DNA of 63,963 bases, filler included, from Octopus bimaculoides (GCF_001194135.2; 4 parts of 3 records of this genome joined end to end with filler, not necessarily neighbours in it); one strand, 5' to 3'; positions 1 through 13,117 are shown, counted from the first letter of the whole stretch. The notes: generated by a model not told the origin, from the letters alone. Numbers and translations are program-made.

Positions 1-176
1 ACAGATTATTATAGAATGTTTATAGTAACAAGGCATGTTCTTTCATATTATTAAATCTACCTTTTAAATGCATTTTGTAACTTGGTTATGTCTCACAACT
101 GAACTCCAAGAACTGGCGACCAAAGATACAAATAGTGTCTCGGTATGGAACAGGATTAATTTTCGAAGAACTTTAC

Positions 177-252
177 CCGTCACCAAAAATAGGAAAGAAA
201 CCTGCTCCGAGGAAATATTCCTTATCTTTACTTATACCACAATTAAGTTGCA
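177..252 (-). CDS. Candidate internal exon of an unidentified minus-strand gene (xQLNCGISKDKEYFLGAGFFPIFGD)
   Basis: On the minus strand a good acceptor (tttctgtcctgcAG) is followed by a 76-nt open frame and GACGG|GTAAAG. No family recognised. Confidence 0.2.
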
Positions 253-1278
253 CTGCAGGACAGAAATAAATAAAATGGTGGGTGCGAATTGCAAGAAGAG
301 ATATTTTATGGTAAACGGAAAGGAAAAAAAAAGAAATAACAATAAAAGAAAATGAGAAAGAAAAAAACGAACAAAAAATAATACGAGTTTTATCAAAATA
401 GTTATTAATCTCATGTGTACTGTTATAAAAGTGTGGGAAAATAGCTTTAACGAAATGGTGACACTGTGATGGTAATTCTAAAGACAGTCAAGATTCGATG
501 AATTGAACTCATTAGAGGAAAAAGATTACTGCAAGCAATACAGAAGCTAAACAATAAAAGCTGATCTTAAACTGAAGATAGCGCATCTATACTACTATAG
601 CATTAAAATAGTTTTATGGAGAGAAAGAGAAAGAGCGAGCGAGCGACTGTGTGTGTGTGTGAGAGAGAAAGAGAAAGAGGGGATAAGAGAGGGAGAAACA
701 TGGAGAGGTTTCTTTTTTTTTAAATGCAATGCATTATAAAATAGTCCACAGAATATGACGTCGATGTTTTAATTGACAATATTACAATAATAGCCACCAT
801 TTATAAGAATGTCCTCTAGCATCGGTGATGGTGGTTGTGGTGGTAGCAGTAGTTATGGTGGTAGTGGTGCTCGTTATCACCAGTGTTGCTCGGTCTGCAG
901 CCACAGTCAGTTCTGATTGCAGCACGATTAGGATATGTATATAGTCATTTAGCGACAAGGTCGGATCTACTGACGAAGTGCCCCAAATTTATCCTGACTA
1001 GTTGATCATGAGGACCACACATAGGGACGAACAGTGGTTTATCATTCAAGATACAATTTGGTTGCTATTTCTAGCGAGACATACGATCACACAGAAAGAT
1101 AGATCGTTATCAGCTCGTCTGTATGCCTTTAAATTCTTACGGTACCCAAGGCAGAAACGGGCCATATGAACTGGAATTAGTTCCATCTACGTTTATCTCT
1201 GGTGTTTTGCTTCGCCCTACAATGTTTCATCAAATGAGTTTTTTTTGTTTTGTTTCGGTTGCTATTTTTATATATTTT

Positions 1279-1640
1279 TCTTTGTTTCAGTCATTGGATC
1301 TCGGCTATACTGGAGCACCATTTTGAAGGGATTAGTCGAACAAATTGATTATTTATTTTTAAAGTCTGTCATTGATTCTATTGCAGAACCACTATGTTAC
1401 GGAGACATAAATAAACCAACACACCTTGTCAAGTGGTTGGAGGGTTATGAACACAAAGATAAATACACAAACACACGCACATACGCACACACACTTACGC
1501 GCGCGGGCGCGTACAGTGGACTTCAATACAGTTTCTGTTTATCAAATTTCCTCATAAGACACTTGCACCGAAGGTATTGCACAGTGGAACTGAACTCGAG
1601 ACCATGCGGTTGCGACGCAAACTTCCTAATCACACAATAT
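1279..1640 (-). mobile_element. SINE family A (tRNA-head, internal microsatellite), decayed copy
   Basis: Reverse-complement similarity to the 19417-19868 copy: tail ttgtttcagtcattg, gttgtcaag...acaaacac block, cagtttc...atcaaat block and B-box remnant. Confidence 0.7.
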
Positions 1641-1754
1641 TGGGAAACAATGCTTTAGGACAGAGTTCTAGATGTGAGTGAGTAATGAATATTTAAGTGT
1701 CAGTGTAGTATAGGTTAGAGTTTAAGGTGAATAAGCAGAGACATTAGGGCTTTA

Positions 1755-2050
1755 TACGAGCTGGTATCAACAGGTTCCCGGAATAGTTGTTTAATAAAAA
1801 CTAACCTATTTACCTAAGTTTTAACATCATCTCCTTCGAAATAGTGACCTTATGCAGCAATACACCGGTCCCAGGGTTCCTGCCACTTTTAGAATATCGC
1901 CTGAAAGTCGTTTTCCAAACGCGAGTCAAGGACCTTCTGCGATTCGTTCTTGATTTCGACAACAGTGGTAAGACGGCGACTTTTGAGTTGCATTTTCATC
2001 TTAGGGAAGACATAGAAGTCCGCAGGAGCTAAATCTGGCGAATAGGGCGG
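1755..2050 (-). mobile_element. Mariner transposase C-terminal relic with 3' TIR
   Basis: Minus-strand translation PPYSPDLAPADFYVFPKMKMQLKSRR...FQAIF*KWQEPWDRCIAA*GHYFEGD carries the mariner YSPDLAPxD motif with stops. TIR-like tacgagctggtatcaacaggttcccgg at 1755. Confidence 0.85.
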
Positions 2051-2279
2051 AGTTCACTCTGTTGCAAACACTCGGGCTATGTCGCTGGTTGGAGTATACC
2101 ATCCTCTGTACCTTCCACTATGTAGAGGACTCTGAAACAGATTATGAGCACTGTTTTCCCTCCTGACCAGAATTTAAAGATCTAAAAATAAAAACTGTTT
2201 GATATAGGACCCATGCTGCTGATATTGGAAATATATCTTTCTAGTTTCATTCTGTAGCAAAATGCATTTTTTTTTAATC

Positions 2280-2488
2280 TACGAGGGGCTGCTAGTTTTA
2301 AGGTCTTGCGAAAGGCCTGGCTGGAAGCACACCCTTCCGAGTTCTTTTACAAGGCTTAGAAAAACTGAAGGACCACTGTAGTAAGTGTGTGAATCTGAGA
2401 GGGGGAATATGTTGAAAAAATCATAATTAACTGATCCTCCTATATTTTCTTTTATCCAAAGCCAGGAACTTTACAGCATCCTCTTGTA
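2280..2488 (+). mobile_element. Internally deleted mariner (MITE-like)
   Basis: Imperfect TIRs (tacgaggggctgct ... agcatcctcttgta). Interior translates to GLEKLKDHCSKCVNL..GEYVE, like a mariner C-terminus. Confidence 0.65.
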
Positions 2489-2667
2489 TAACTGTTTTTT
2501 CTTTATCTGTTCACACATTTATTATACAGACGAACTGTATGAGCCAAAACTATGTGCTACAACACAGCACAAACTAAAAGAAAAATTCTAAATATGTTCC
2601 GTATTATTTGACAGCAAAATATTTAGGTATCATGACTTCCTCTTTTAATATTTTTTACTTCTTATAT

Positions 2668-2900
2668 TTTACTCGTTTCAGTCATTGGAATGCGGCCATG
2701 CTAGGGCACCACCTTAAAAGGTTTTAGTCGAACAAATCAACCCCAGGACTTATTTAAAAAATCTTTTTTCTTCAATTGGTTTTAGTACTCTTGTTTTGGT
2801 TCTGTCAATTTCTTTTACGAAAGTAAAAAAAAGTAAAAAACAAAAATCCAACGCTAGTTGTCAAGTGTGGGAGTGCCTGACAAACATAGACACGAAGACA
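2668..2900 (-). mobile_element. SINE family A, 3' half, ending at its internal (CA)n and a gap
   Basis: tttcagtcattggaatgcggccatgctagggcaccacc...ttagtcgaacaaatcaaccccaggacttat. Confidence 0.7.
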
Positions 2901-2948
2901 GAATCACTCTCTCACACAATCACACACACACACACACATTCACTAACA

Positions 2949-2998
<50 letters not shown>

Positions 2999-3722
2999 NN
3001 NNNNNNNNNNNNNNNNNNNNNNNNNNNNNNNNNNNNNNNNNNNNNNNNNNNNNNNNNNNNNNNNNNNNNNNNNNNNNNNNNNNNNNNNNNNNNNNNNNNN
3101 NNNNNNNNNNNNNNNNNNNNNNNNNNNNNNNNNNNNNNNNNNNNNNNNNNNNNNNNNNNNNNNNNNNNNNNNNNNNNNNNNNNNNNNNNNNNNNNNNNNN
3201 NNNNNNNNNNNNNNNNNNNNNNNNNNNNNNNNNNNNNNNNNNNNNNNNNNNNNNNNNNNNNNNNNNNNNNNNNNNNNNNNNNNNNNNNNNNNNNNNNNNN
3301 NNNNNNNNNNNNNNNNNNNNNNNNNNNNNNNNNNNNNNNNNNNNNNNNNNNNNNNNNNNNNNNNNNNNNNNNNNNNNNNNNNNNNNNNNNNNNNNNNNNN
3401 NNNNNNNNNNNNNNNNNNNNNNNNNNNNNNNNNNNNNNNNNNNNNNNNNNNNNNNNNNNNNNNNNNNNNNNNNNNNNNNNNNNNNNNNNNNNNNNNNNNN
3501 NNNNNNNNNNNNNNNNNNNNNNNNNNNNNNNNNNNNNNNNNNNNNNNNNNNNNNNNNNNNNNNNNNNNNNNNNNNNNNNNNNNNNNNNNNNNNNNNNNNN
3601 NNNNNNNNNNNNNNNNNNNNNNNNNNNNNNNNNNNNNNNNCTCTGTATATTAAGATTTCACTAGCATTTCCTCTAAGCGTTATAAGAATTTCTCTCCTCC
3701 TCCTCCTCCTCCCTCGCTATTA

Positions 3723-3741
3723 TGGATGATGATAATGATAG

Positions 3742-3785
<44 letters not shown>

Positions 3786-3924
3786 ATGGTGGTGGTGGTG
3801 GTGGTGGTGGTGGTGTTGGTAAGTGATGATAATGCTGGTGATAATGATCATCATCATCATAGTGGTGATAGTGGTGGCGGTGGTGATGGTTATAATAACG
3901 ATCATGATATGATAATGTTGATGA

Positions 3925-3958
<34 letters not shown>

Positions 3959-4086
3959 GGCGGTGTTGAAGGTGGTGGTGGCGTTTATGATGATGATGGT
4001 GACGGTGGTGGTGGGGGTGTTTATTATGATTATAATTATGATGATGATGATGATGATGATGATGATGGTAGTAGTAGTAGCGGTGG

Positions 4087-4122
<36 letters not shown>

Positions 4123-4995
4123 CGACGACGACGATGATGATGATGACGACGACGATGATNNNNNNNNNNNNNNNNNNNNNNNNNNNNNNNNNNNNNNNNN
4201 NNNNNNNNNNNNNNNNNNNNNNNNNNNNNNNNNNNNNNNNNNNNNNNNNNNNNNNNNNNNNNNNNNNNNNNNNNNNNNNNNNNNNNNNNNNNNNNNNNNN
4301 NNNNNNNNNNNNNNNNNNNNNNNNNNNNNNNNNNNNNNNNNNNNNNNNNNNNNNNNNNNNNNNNNNNNNNNNNNNNNNNNNNNNNNNNNNNNNNNNNNNN
4401 NNNNNNNNNNNNNNNNNNNNNNNNNNNNNNNNNNNNNNNNNNNNNNNNNNNNNNNNNNNNNNNNNNNNNNNNNNNNNNNNNNNNNNNNNNNNNNNNNNNN
4501 NNNNNNNNNNNNNNNNNNNNNNNNNNNNNNNNNNNNNNNNNNNNNNNNNNNNNNNNNNNNNNNNNNNNNNNNNNNNNNNNNNNNNNNNNNNNNNNNNNNN
4601 NNNNNNNNNNNNNNNNNNNNNNNNNNNNNNNNNNNNNNNNNNNNNNNNNNNNNNNNNNNNNNNNNNNNNNNNNNNNNNNNNNNNNNNNNNNNNNNNNNNN
4701 NNNNNNNNNNNNNNNNNNNNNNNNNNNNNNNNNNNNNNNNNNNNNNNNNNNNNNNNNNNNNNNNNNNNNNNNNNNNNNNNNNNNNNNNNNNNNNNNNNNN
4801 NNNNNNNNNNNNNNNNNNGATGATGATGACGACGACGACGATGATGATGATGAAGATGACGACGATGATGATGATGATGATGACGACGATGATGATGATG
4901 ATGATGACGACGACGATGATGATGATGATGAAGATGACGACAATGATGATGATGATGATGACGACGACGATGATGATGATGATGATGATGATGTA
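3723..4995. repeat. Compound trinucleotide microsatellite (GAT/GCT/GGT/GAC)n spanning a gap
   Basis: Seen directly. It is the source of the poly-M, poly-H and poly-S ORFs. Confidence 0.95.
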
Positions 4996-5519
4996 TTTAG
5001 ATATAAATTCTTAGCGGGAGTTTCCAATAATGCCCGCCGTGTTTCCTTTGTTGCTGTCACACTATCTGTTCTATAAATTAACTGCTTCATCCAAGTGGAT
5101 GTTTATATTGACATCTGCAATAAAGATAACCGAGATGACTCAATTTCCCCTCTCTTTGCATGTTTATTTATTTGTTTGTTTGCTTCTTGTAATTGTTGTT
5201 GTTGTTGTCGTTGTTGTTGTTTCTCCTCACATCCGTTCCTTCTGACTGGAATTAATTACCAGACCAGTTTTTTTTATCAAATCGAAATATAACAACGGAT
5301 ACTCTGTAGATTTCATATTTATTGAAAGTACAACAGATCTGAAAACAGTAGCAGCGGCAAAGGCAACACAGAAAAAACAAAATAGCAAACATTCATTTCT
5401 AATATATATATATGGAAAGAAAAAAAAATGCTTCGTTATTAACAAAAGCGACATTTGCCGCTTATGTAAGAGGAGGCCGTTAATAGCACTAAGTAAAGCG
5501 TCAGTTTTGCCGATAGATT

Positions 5520-5558
<39 letters not shown>

Positions 5559-5793
5559 TAGCGACAGAAGCAGTATTGATGTCAGAAGTTAATACAGTAC
5601 GATATCACATAATCTAACAGTTTTTTCGGCGGCCGTAGCAGACAGTTATCACCCGTCAGCGATATAAGCAGGAGTGCTTCTATGTACCAAGAGCCCATAT
5701 GAAAGGTCTTCTCATGAAAAAATAACGCAGTTTTTTAATCCACTTTTGAATGGTATGTATGTATATATATATATATATATANNNNNNNNNNTA

Positions 5794-5874
5794 CTTTATT
5801 TAAAAACAGCAGAAATATAACAAAAAACTGTTACTCGGAGTTTTTTGTTATATTTCTGCTGCTTTTAAATAAAG
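5794..5874. repeat. Near-perfect palindrome, 36-bp arms and 9-nt loop (MITE-like hairpin)
   Basis: ctttatttaaaaacagcagaaatataacaaaaaact / agttttttgttatatttctgctgcttttaaataaag, one mismatch. Confidence 0.85.
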
Positions 5875-5947
5875 CATAATACTCTACCTCTGGTATTTGA
5901 GTACTCTTTTTTCCACCTTGTTGCACATTTATGTGCTTACTCCGGTG

Positions 5948-5979
<32 letters not shown>

Positions 5980-6139
5980 CAAGAATGACATATATTCGTT
6001 TTTATGCATGTATATATGTATTTGTGTGTCTATATATGTGTGTGTGTATGTCTATATATGTATTTGCGTGTCTATATGTGTGGGTGTGTGTGTGCGTGTG
6101 TGTATGTATGTGTGTGTATTCATATACTACCTCTGTCCA

Positions 6140-6335
6140 GCCACCCGCCATGATTGACCACTAGCCCCTAAAGCTTCTTTTAATTATCTCTGTTTATTTC
6201 CTCATGTTCCTTTCTGTGGAAGAGCGTAGGCTCGAAACGTAAAAGACTTTCTCACCTCCTGAGCGTTAAAGTAATACACCTGATTGTTGTTTATACACCT
6301 ATCTTCGTCTTTTGTTCTTCTGTAAATACCAATTA
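6140..6335 (+). mobile_element. Penelope-like terminal-repeat fragment containing a minimal hammerhead-like motif (6210-6245)
   Basis: Homologous, in reverse orientation, to 48005-48185, which lies downstream of a GIY-YIG relic. Motif: cttt-CTGTGGA-A-gagc(gtag)gctc-GAAACGTA-aaag. Confidence 0.65.
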
Positions 6336-6458
6336 TATATATATGCATGTATATGTATACACACACATACTTACGTACACATATACTTACACACACATAT
6401 ATATAGACATACAAATACATATATATACGCATAGAACCGAATATATGTGATTGTGTGC

Positions 6459-6509
<51 letters not shown>

Positions 6510-7815
6510 TACATACATATACACACATATGCATACACACGCATACGCATTCAGACATATATATTATATGTATCTTTATATATGTTTACATGTGTGTATG
6601 TGTGTGTGTGTGTGTGTGTATGTATATGTATGTATATACGTATGCTTGTCCATGTATGTATATGTTTGTGTTTGTGTGTGTGTTTTAATATATATAGCCA
6701 CACCATTCACACATAAAGACTAACGTAGACGCGCACACACATACATGTGAGCGCGCGCGTATGCGTGTACGCGTTTGTATGTCAGATCAGTGTAATTAAT
6801 TATTAATCTTAGGATAATTATTAATCTTATAGTAATTATTCGTCTAACGATGACAGTTAGTGAAATTTCTCTCTTATCTGCATGACTCGATCTTTTGTGT
6901 TGATTTTTAATATCTCTATTATAAGAGAGTGATAGAGAAGCAGATGACTACTGAGCACTGGAAAAGAGATGTGGCAAAGTTGAGTTCCGTTCCATCCCTC
7001 GTTCTGCGATTAAATGCTATTCCAGTAGATTGGCCTTTCGTCTCTTTGGAGCTATATAACCAGTCACATAGTAGAAAGGCGTCAACTTTCCAGATGTCTA
7101 TTCAAATCATTTGAAGTTTTGTATCAAAGAAATTAATGATTTTTTAAAAAACTTAGTCAGAAGGCTACAGATTTCAGACAGGAAGGAATAATAAATTATA
7201 TCGACCTCAGTATTTGGTTGGTACTTTGTTTCAGTGATCGGCTTATAAAGATGAAAGTAAAAATAATCGGTCTTGGCGGGATTCGGACTTAAAATCGTAA
7301 AGACGCGCAAGTAAGAAATTTGTGTTAGAGCTTTATAGGACCGAGGAAGAAATATTTACTGTACATATAAATAGTATGGCTATTTCATTTCTCTGGGATT
7401 GGCCAAGTAAGGGTCGAAAGATCAATTAAGGTTGTTCATTATATTTCAATCTCCAGAGAAATGGGCAAAATTACACATGTTTGTATGTCTAGTCAGTAGG
7501 TTTACATATATCATGCGGTGATACTGTGTGGACTGGACTCCCCATTAACAGGTCGCTGATAAACACTTACAGCATGCATATTAGCCATCTCACTTCTCTG
7601 TATCTATCAGATTTGATGCGTATATAAACAGAATAGCTACTCATTTCTCAGGGATTGCTCAAATGATGTAGACACTTCTGCTGTGACCCTACTCAGCAGA
7701 AAATCGATTGAAGTTGTTCATCATTTTTTTTTTCATTCTACAGAGAAATAGGTAAAATTAACATGCTTCTATGTCTACCACGTAGGTTTATTTATAATTG
7801 TAATACTTGAACCCG

Positions 7816-8014
7816 GTAAGGCGGCGAGCTGGCAGAATCGTTAGCGTGCCGGGCAAAATACTTAGCGGCATTTCGTCCGTCTCCTCGTCCTGAGTTCAAA
7901 TTCTGCCAAGGTTGATTTTGTTCTTCATCGTTTCGGGTTGTACACTGGGACCGATGTAATTGACTTATTCTTCTCCTCCTCCGAAATTGCTGGCCTTGTG
8001 CCAAAATTTGAAAC
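7816..8014 (+). mobile_element. SINE family B (tRNA-head) with 15-bp target-site duplication
   Basis: aaggcggcgagctggcagaatcgttag...gagttcaaattc head. Flanked by taatacttgaacccg (7801-7815) and taatactagaacccg (8015-8029). Confidence 0.85.
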
Positions 8015-8351
8015 TAATACTAGAACCCGTTGAATAAACTTTTCTCTTTTACAAATATTCTCCTTGTGTCAATCGAAAGAGAAGGACATCTTTCTCGTCA
8101 GTATTTTATTTGAGTCTGCTTCATTTTTATTTTAATTCGGTGATTTTCTTTGTTTAAAATGTATGTAAAAGAAAGTCCTACGCATAAATTTCTGATGCTG
8201 TTTCAGTTTGAAGAACACACAGTAATATCTGTAAATTTTATTTTTTCTACTCATCACTGAATGTATTCGGTTGTTACACTTTTAATATCCTTTACTATGG
8301 AACGAAATTCGAGACATAATCGAAATATTTAACGTAATAAAACGATATCTT

Positions 8352-8735
8352 TTTATCTTTTACTTGTTTCAGTCATTGGACCACGGCCATCCTGGGATAC
8401 CTCCCAGAAGAGTTTTAGTCGAACAAATCGGCCTCAGTATTCACGTTTGTTTTCTTTTTCTTTTTTCTTTTTAAGTCTGGTACTTATTCTTCGTTACGGG
8501 GACGAAACAAACCAAAGTCAGTTGTCGAATGGTTGAGGCGGGTGACAAACACAGACACAAACACGCACATATGCGAACAGGTTTCAACATAGTTTCCGTC
8601 TACCAAATTCACCCTCAAGGAATTGGTCGACCCGGAACTATAGTAGAAGATAATTGCCCCAGGCGCCATGCAGAGAGATTGAACCTAAGACGAGGCAGTT
8701 GCAAATCGAGCTTCTTAACCACACAGCCATGCCTG
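8352..8735 (-). mobile_element. SINE family A, decayed copy
   Basis: ttttacttgtttcagtcattgg...cagtttccgtctaccaaatt...cttaaccacacagcc. Confidence 0.75.
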
Positions 8736-8789
8736 CTCATATTTTGAAGATCTATAAATTTATGATTGGAAACAGAAATAAGCATATTT

Positions 8790-9330
8790 ATAAAACGTAG
8801 AATTTTCATAGGGTCAGACGAGCAGCGTTTGATAAATATGCTTGCAACAAGATGTATGGCTTTACGTTTGTGCTCCCCCCGCCCCAAGTCTTTTCATTTG
8901 TGTCGTGGTCTGTTGATTTTTCAAGATTAGATTTGGTTTGGATATGCTGAAACTAGTTCCTAATTACTAACTCCGTCTATTTACATATATAATTGTGTAT
9001 TGTGATTTGGTTTTTCTTTGATTCAGTTTCTCTCAAAGTACACGAAACTTCCTCTCAATCGCCCATCACTGATGACTAATGCATCTTCTGTTTGTCTAAT
9101 AATCTTCCTCGACAGCCCTTGTCTTTTTAGTGCTGTTGCTGAATTTGGCTTCACTGACCATACAATATTATTCGCATTTCCGCTTTCTCCAAGTTTTCTA
9201 ATCAGACTTGTGATATTTAGCTTTGAACCTCTCGAATATTAAATTCTTCTCCGAGCAAATGATGTGTTTGAGTTCCATGATTGCTTATTATTTTGATAAT
9301 AATATTTAGCTATTGCTTCTCTTTGATCTT
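8790..9330 (-). mobile_element. Tc1/mariner-superfamily transposase N-terminal (HTH) relic
   Basis: Minus translation DQREAIAKYYYQNN...SKLNITSLIRKLGESG resembles the HTH N-terminus of Tc1-like transposases. Heavily decayed. Confidence 0.35.
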
Positions 9331-11347
9331 TTTCTTAAATTGTAATTCCTGTTCATTATAAAGAAGAATAAAGAAGAATATGAAGTTATTAGAAACTAAA
9401 AAATTATATTTATACAAGTACAAAAAATAATGCAAATATTAAAAAATGTTGCTTCCACTTATTAGCTTGTGTAGTCATCAAATGAAGAAAACAGCCATTA
9501 AATAGACGAGCTAACAGCTTATGATGGCTTTTCCTTGTTTCGTTTTGTTAGGACATCGCATGACACACCCGCTTACTATGTTTGTCTTTGCAATTCCTTA
9601 ATCATATATTTCAAATATATTCTACCAAGATAGAAAATCGCCTATTCACAAAAAAAAAAAAAAAAAAAATCAAGAACAAGAAAAAAGAAACAAGAAGAAA
9701 AACGAATAAAAACATTTTGTCCGGACACTCTGCCTTGGATTTCAAATTTCTAGAGCTTAAAGTTTTTGGTGTGCTTCGTATCAACATTTCATGACAGACT
9801 GGCAGTTATAATAATGCTGTTTGTTGGCTTAAAGCAATATAACTATCAAAATCAACAGCTTCGTAAATCTCGTCTATCATTCTCTCACGAAGTTACTTTG
9901 AAAAATCTTTCTCTTTTTATCTGGAACTTTCTCCTTTAACGTATTCATAGCGTTGTGATTATTCCAAACTATGAATAATCAGTGGACCCAAGCGTATTTT
10001 CCGAAATAAACCGTATGAAATTATTATATTAAGTGTTTCAAGCTCATACACATATCACCACGGTGTTACAGAAGTCTCACAGTTATGATAGACCAGAATC
10101 AAGAGAAAATGCAGCCGATCTATTTTCATTGATGTTTCCTGACAAATTCTTCTGCTAGATCAATTCCCACGTTTTCCACTACATTAACTCTCTGGATCAA
10201 CAATTCATCTGGTTCGTACTTTCCTCTTGGAAGAGACTAATCTCCTCAATCACACCATCATACTTGCCTTTGTTAATCTATTCTATAAATGACACTTCTC
10301 TACTTCTCTCTTCTTTTCATTATCCAGAACATCTACAGTTCTCAGCGTGGATTCAATTTTGCCGCCAACTTCCTTTGCAAACCACTTTCTTAGTGAGAAC
10401 CGTATGTGGTGCAGTGAAAGCAATCAGTAAAAACTCTTCATATTGCATGATATTTGATTGCATTTACATTCCTCTTAATTCTCCACAGACCTTATCCAAA
10501 TTTTTAAAGAAACTTCGTTGAAACACCGACATTGTAAAATCCAAAAACACAGTTCTAACTACATGCACAACATATTTGCTAATGTAGTTCCCTAAGTGAA
10601 TCTGTTCTCGAGCTCGGGATCTGTGATAAAGAATCGTACAAGAAGCACCAGAAAAGACAATTAACCGACAAATCAGATTTGATTATAATGACACATAAAC
10701 AGCTTTTGTCCACATCAAAATCATTTCTTCATGGATTATAAAGATAATCTGTCATTTCAAGATTGTAGCCATCAAAAGACACTGCTGGCACTATCGTACG
10801 TGCGCATGCATTCATGCACATTACATACAAATACATATGTGCGTATATGTGTGCATGTGTGTATATATATATTTGTATATTGTTTAAAACAGTTAGATTC
10901 GGTTTCCGTAATATTTTGATTTATGTGTATATATANNNNNNNNNNNNNNNNNNNNNNNNNNNNNNNNNNNNNNNNNNNNNNNNNNNNNNNNNNNNNNNNN
11001 NNNNNNNNNNNNNNNNNNNNNNNNNNNNNNNNNNNNNNNNNNNNNNNNNNNNNNNNNNNNNNNNNNNNNNNNNNNNNNNNNNNNNNNNNNNNNNNNNNNN
11101 NNNNNNNNNNNNNNNNNNNNNNNNNNNNNNNNNNNNNNNNNNNNNNNNNNNNNNNNNNNNNNNNNNNNNNNNNNNNNNNNNNTCCAATTCACTGGTACGG
11201 CGGTTGAATATCACAGAAACAGGGGTATAAATACAAATTACAAATAATAAATTGAATAGAGAAATACGACTGACAATCTAACAAGTGAAACTTAGATACA
11301 TATTTTTTACTTATAGTATATTATCTCTTTATCTAAGAAACAATATA

Positions 11348-11559
11348 CAGGATATCCACAAGGTCTGGGTACATGGAGTAAATAAAATCATAACATAAAC
11401 AATTAAATATAAGAAATAAGAATTTCTTAAAGTATGTGTTAATCCCCTTGTGGGTACATGGAGTAAATAAAATCATAACATAAACAATTAAATATAAGGA
11501 ATAATTATTTTTGAAAGTATGTGTTAATCCCCGTGTACTCAGACTTTGTGGTCACCCTG
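11348..11559. mobile_element. Tc1-like MITE with internal 85-bp tandem duplication
   Basis: TA-flanked imperfect TIRs (caggatatccacaaggtctgggtac / gtactcagactttgtggtcaccctg). Direct repeat units start at 11366 and 11451. Confidence 0.75.
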
Positions 11560-11920
11560 TAGATTATAATTATCGTAGATCCATGTTTTTTGCTTATTTT
11601 AATTTACGGAATTCTCCCTTCGATAAATACGTAAATAAGGACCTTTATCTGTTTATTACTTCGAATAATCTTTATATCAATAACAATAAATGACAGGAGT
11701 TATTATATACTATCATTATATATAATTTATATATATATTCTTTGAGTAATCATAAATATATGAAAAGTAACACGTATAAATAAATAGTTAGTTGATATAC
11801 TAGAAAGACGTTCTTTCAAACATGTATAGGCATAGTTATAGAATAAATATTGATTTACACGATTTATCTGTCTCTAAAACTGAGTGAAACTCTGATACTT
11901 TCTCTATTTATATATTTATC

Positions 11921-12017
<97 letters not shown>

Positions 12018-12018
12018 G

Positions 12019-12412
12019 TTCAGTAGTTTTATTTTTATAACGTGCTTTCACTTCACTACCGAGCGCAGCTCTGTGTGCCTTGGGTATGTGCTGTGGTTTG
12101 CTGTGATGCTCTTATGGTTACTGTATTGAAAGTGTTTTGCGTAGGATGTGTGCAGTGCCCAGTAGTGCAATTTTCTGTATGTTATATATATTTGTAAGTC
12201 CTGGTGTTTTTGTTATGTATTTGTCTGAATATTTTTTTTATTATACCTAAGGCACCTACTATGATAGGAATTGTTTCTGTTTTTAGATTCCACATTCGAG
12301 TTACCTCTATTTCCAGGTCTTTGTATTTTGAAAGTTTCTCCATTTCTTTTAGGGAAACGTTGTCATCTGCTGGTATTGATACATCAATTAGAAAGCATTT
12401 TTTTTCTTCATG
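12019..12412 (-). mobile_element. 5'-truncated R4/Dong-clade non-LTR retrotransposon (restriction-like endonuclease C-terminus and 3' UTR) inside (TAA)n
   Basis: Minus translation HEEKKCFLIDVSIPADDNVSLKEMEKLSKYKDLEIEVTRMWNLKTETIPIIVGALGIIKK/YSDKYITKTPGLTNIYNIQKIALLGTAHILRKTLSIQ*, with one +1 frameshift in the T8 run at 12232-12239. (TAA)n arrays on both sides. Confidence 0.9.
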
Positions 12413-12413
12413 A

Positions 12414-12468
<55 letters not shown>

Positions 12469-13075
12469 CATTAAAATGGTCAGTGATTAGTTTCGATTTA
12501 AATACATTTTAATTAATATTATTGGAAATACATAAAAAAAAACATTTTTTGACCCTTATAAATTTTCTTTACTTAACTATTTTATCCATTTGAATTTTGT
12601 TGTTCCTTTATTGTACTTATTATGTATTTGAATTGTTAACGCTCACGCTCCTGAACATAGGTATTTTGAATCAGTATTATGCAAACTGGCAGTCATTTTA
12701 CATGGAATTTCGTCAATTTTGAACAAAGGCCCTGAAAAGACTTGTATACATAGATATGAATTGATTATAAATCAAATAATGTATATAAGTCGAAACAAAT
12801 TGTTGGCTCTATTTGTTTTTTTAAAAAATTGATTATGTTATCTTTTATTATATTTTATAGTATATTGTATTATATTATAATATAACAAATTGTTAGATTG
12901 TCAATCGTATTTCTCTATTTAATTTATTATTTATATATTATATATATATAAATATATGTATGTATGTATGTATGTATGTGTGTGTGCATATATATACACA
13001 AATATATATATAAATATATATATACATACATATACATATATGTGTGTGTGTGCGTTGTGTGTGTGTGTGTACGCG

Positions 13076-13117
<42 letters not shown>

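Noticed and set aside
2796-5090. Long ORFs of poly-H, poly-M, poly-S, poly-V and X
   Set aside because: They are translations of microsatellites and N-gaps, as are most other listed ORFs (YIYI, CVCV, HTHT, RERE).
11366-11535. 85-bp direct repeat pair as a possible CRISPR-like or satellite array
   Set aside because: Only two adjacent units with no spacers, inside a TA-flanked Tc1-like MITE. No CRISPR array or cas gene is present in the window.
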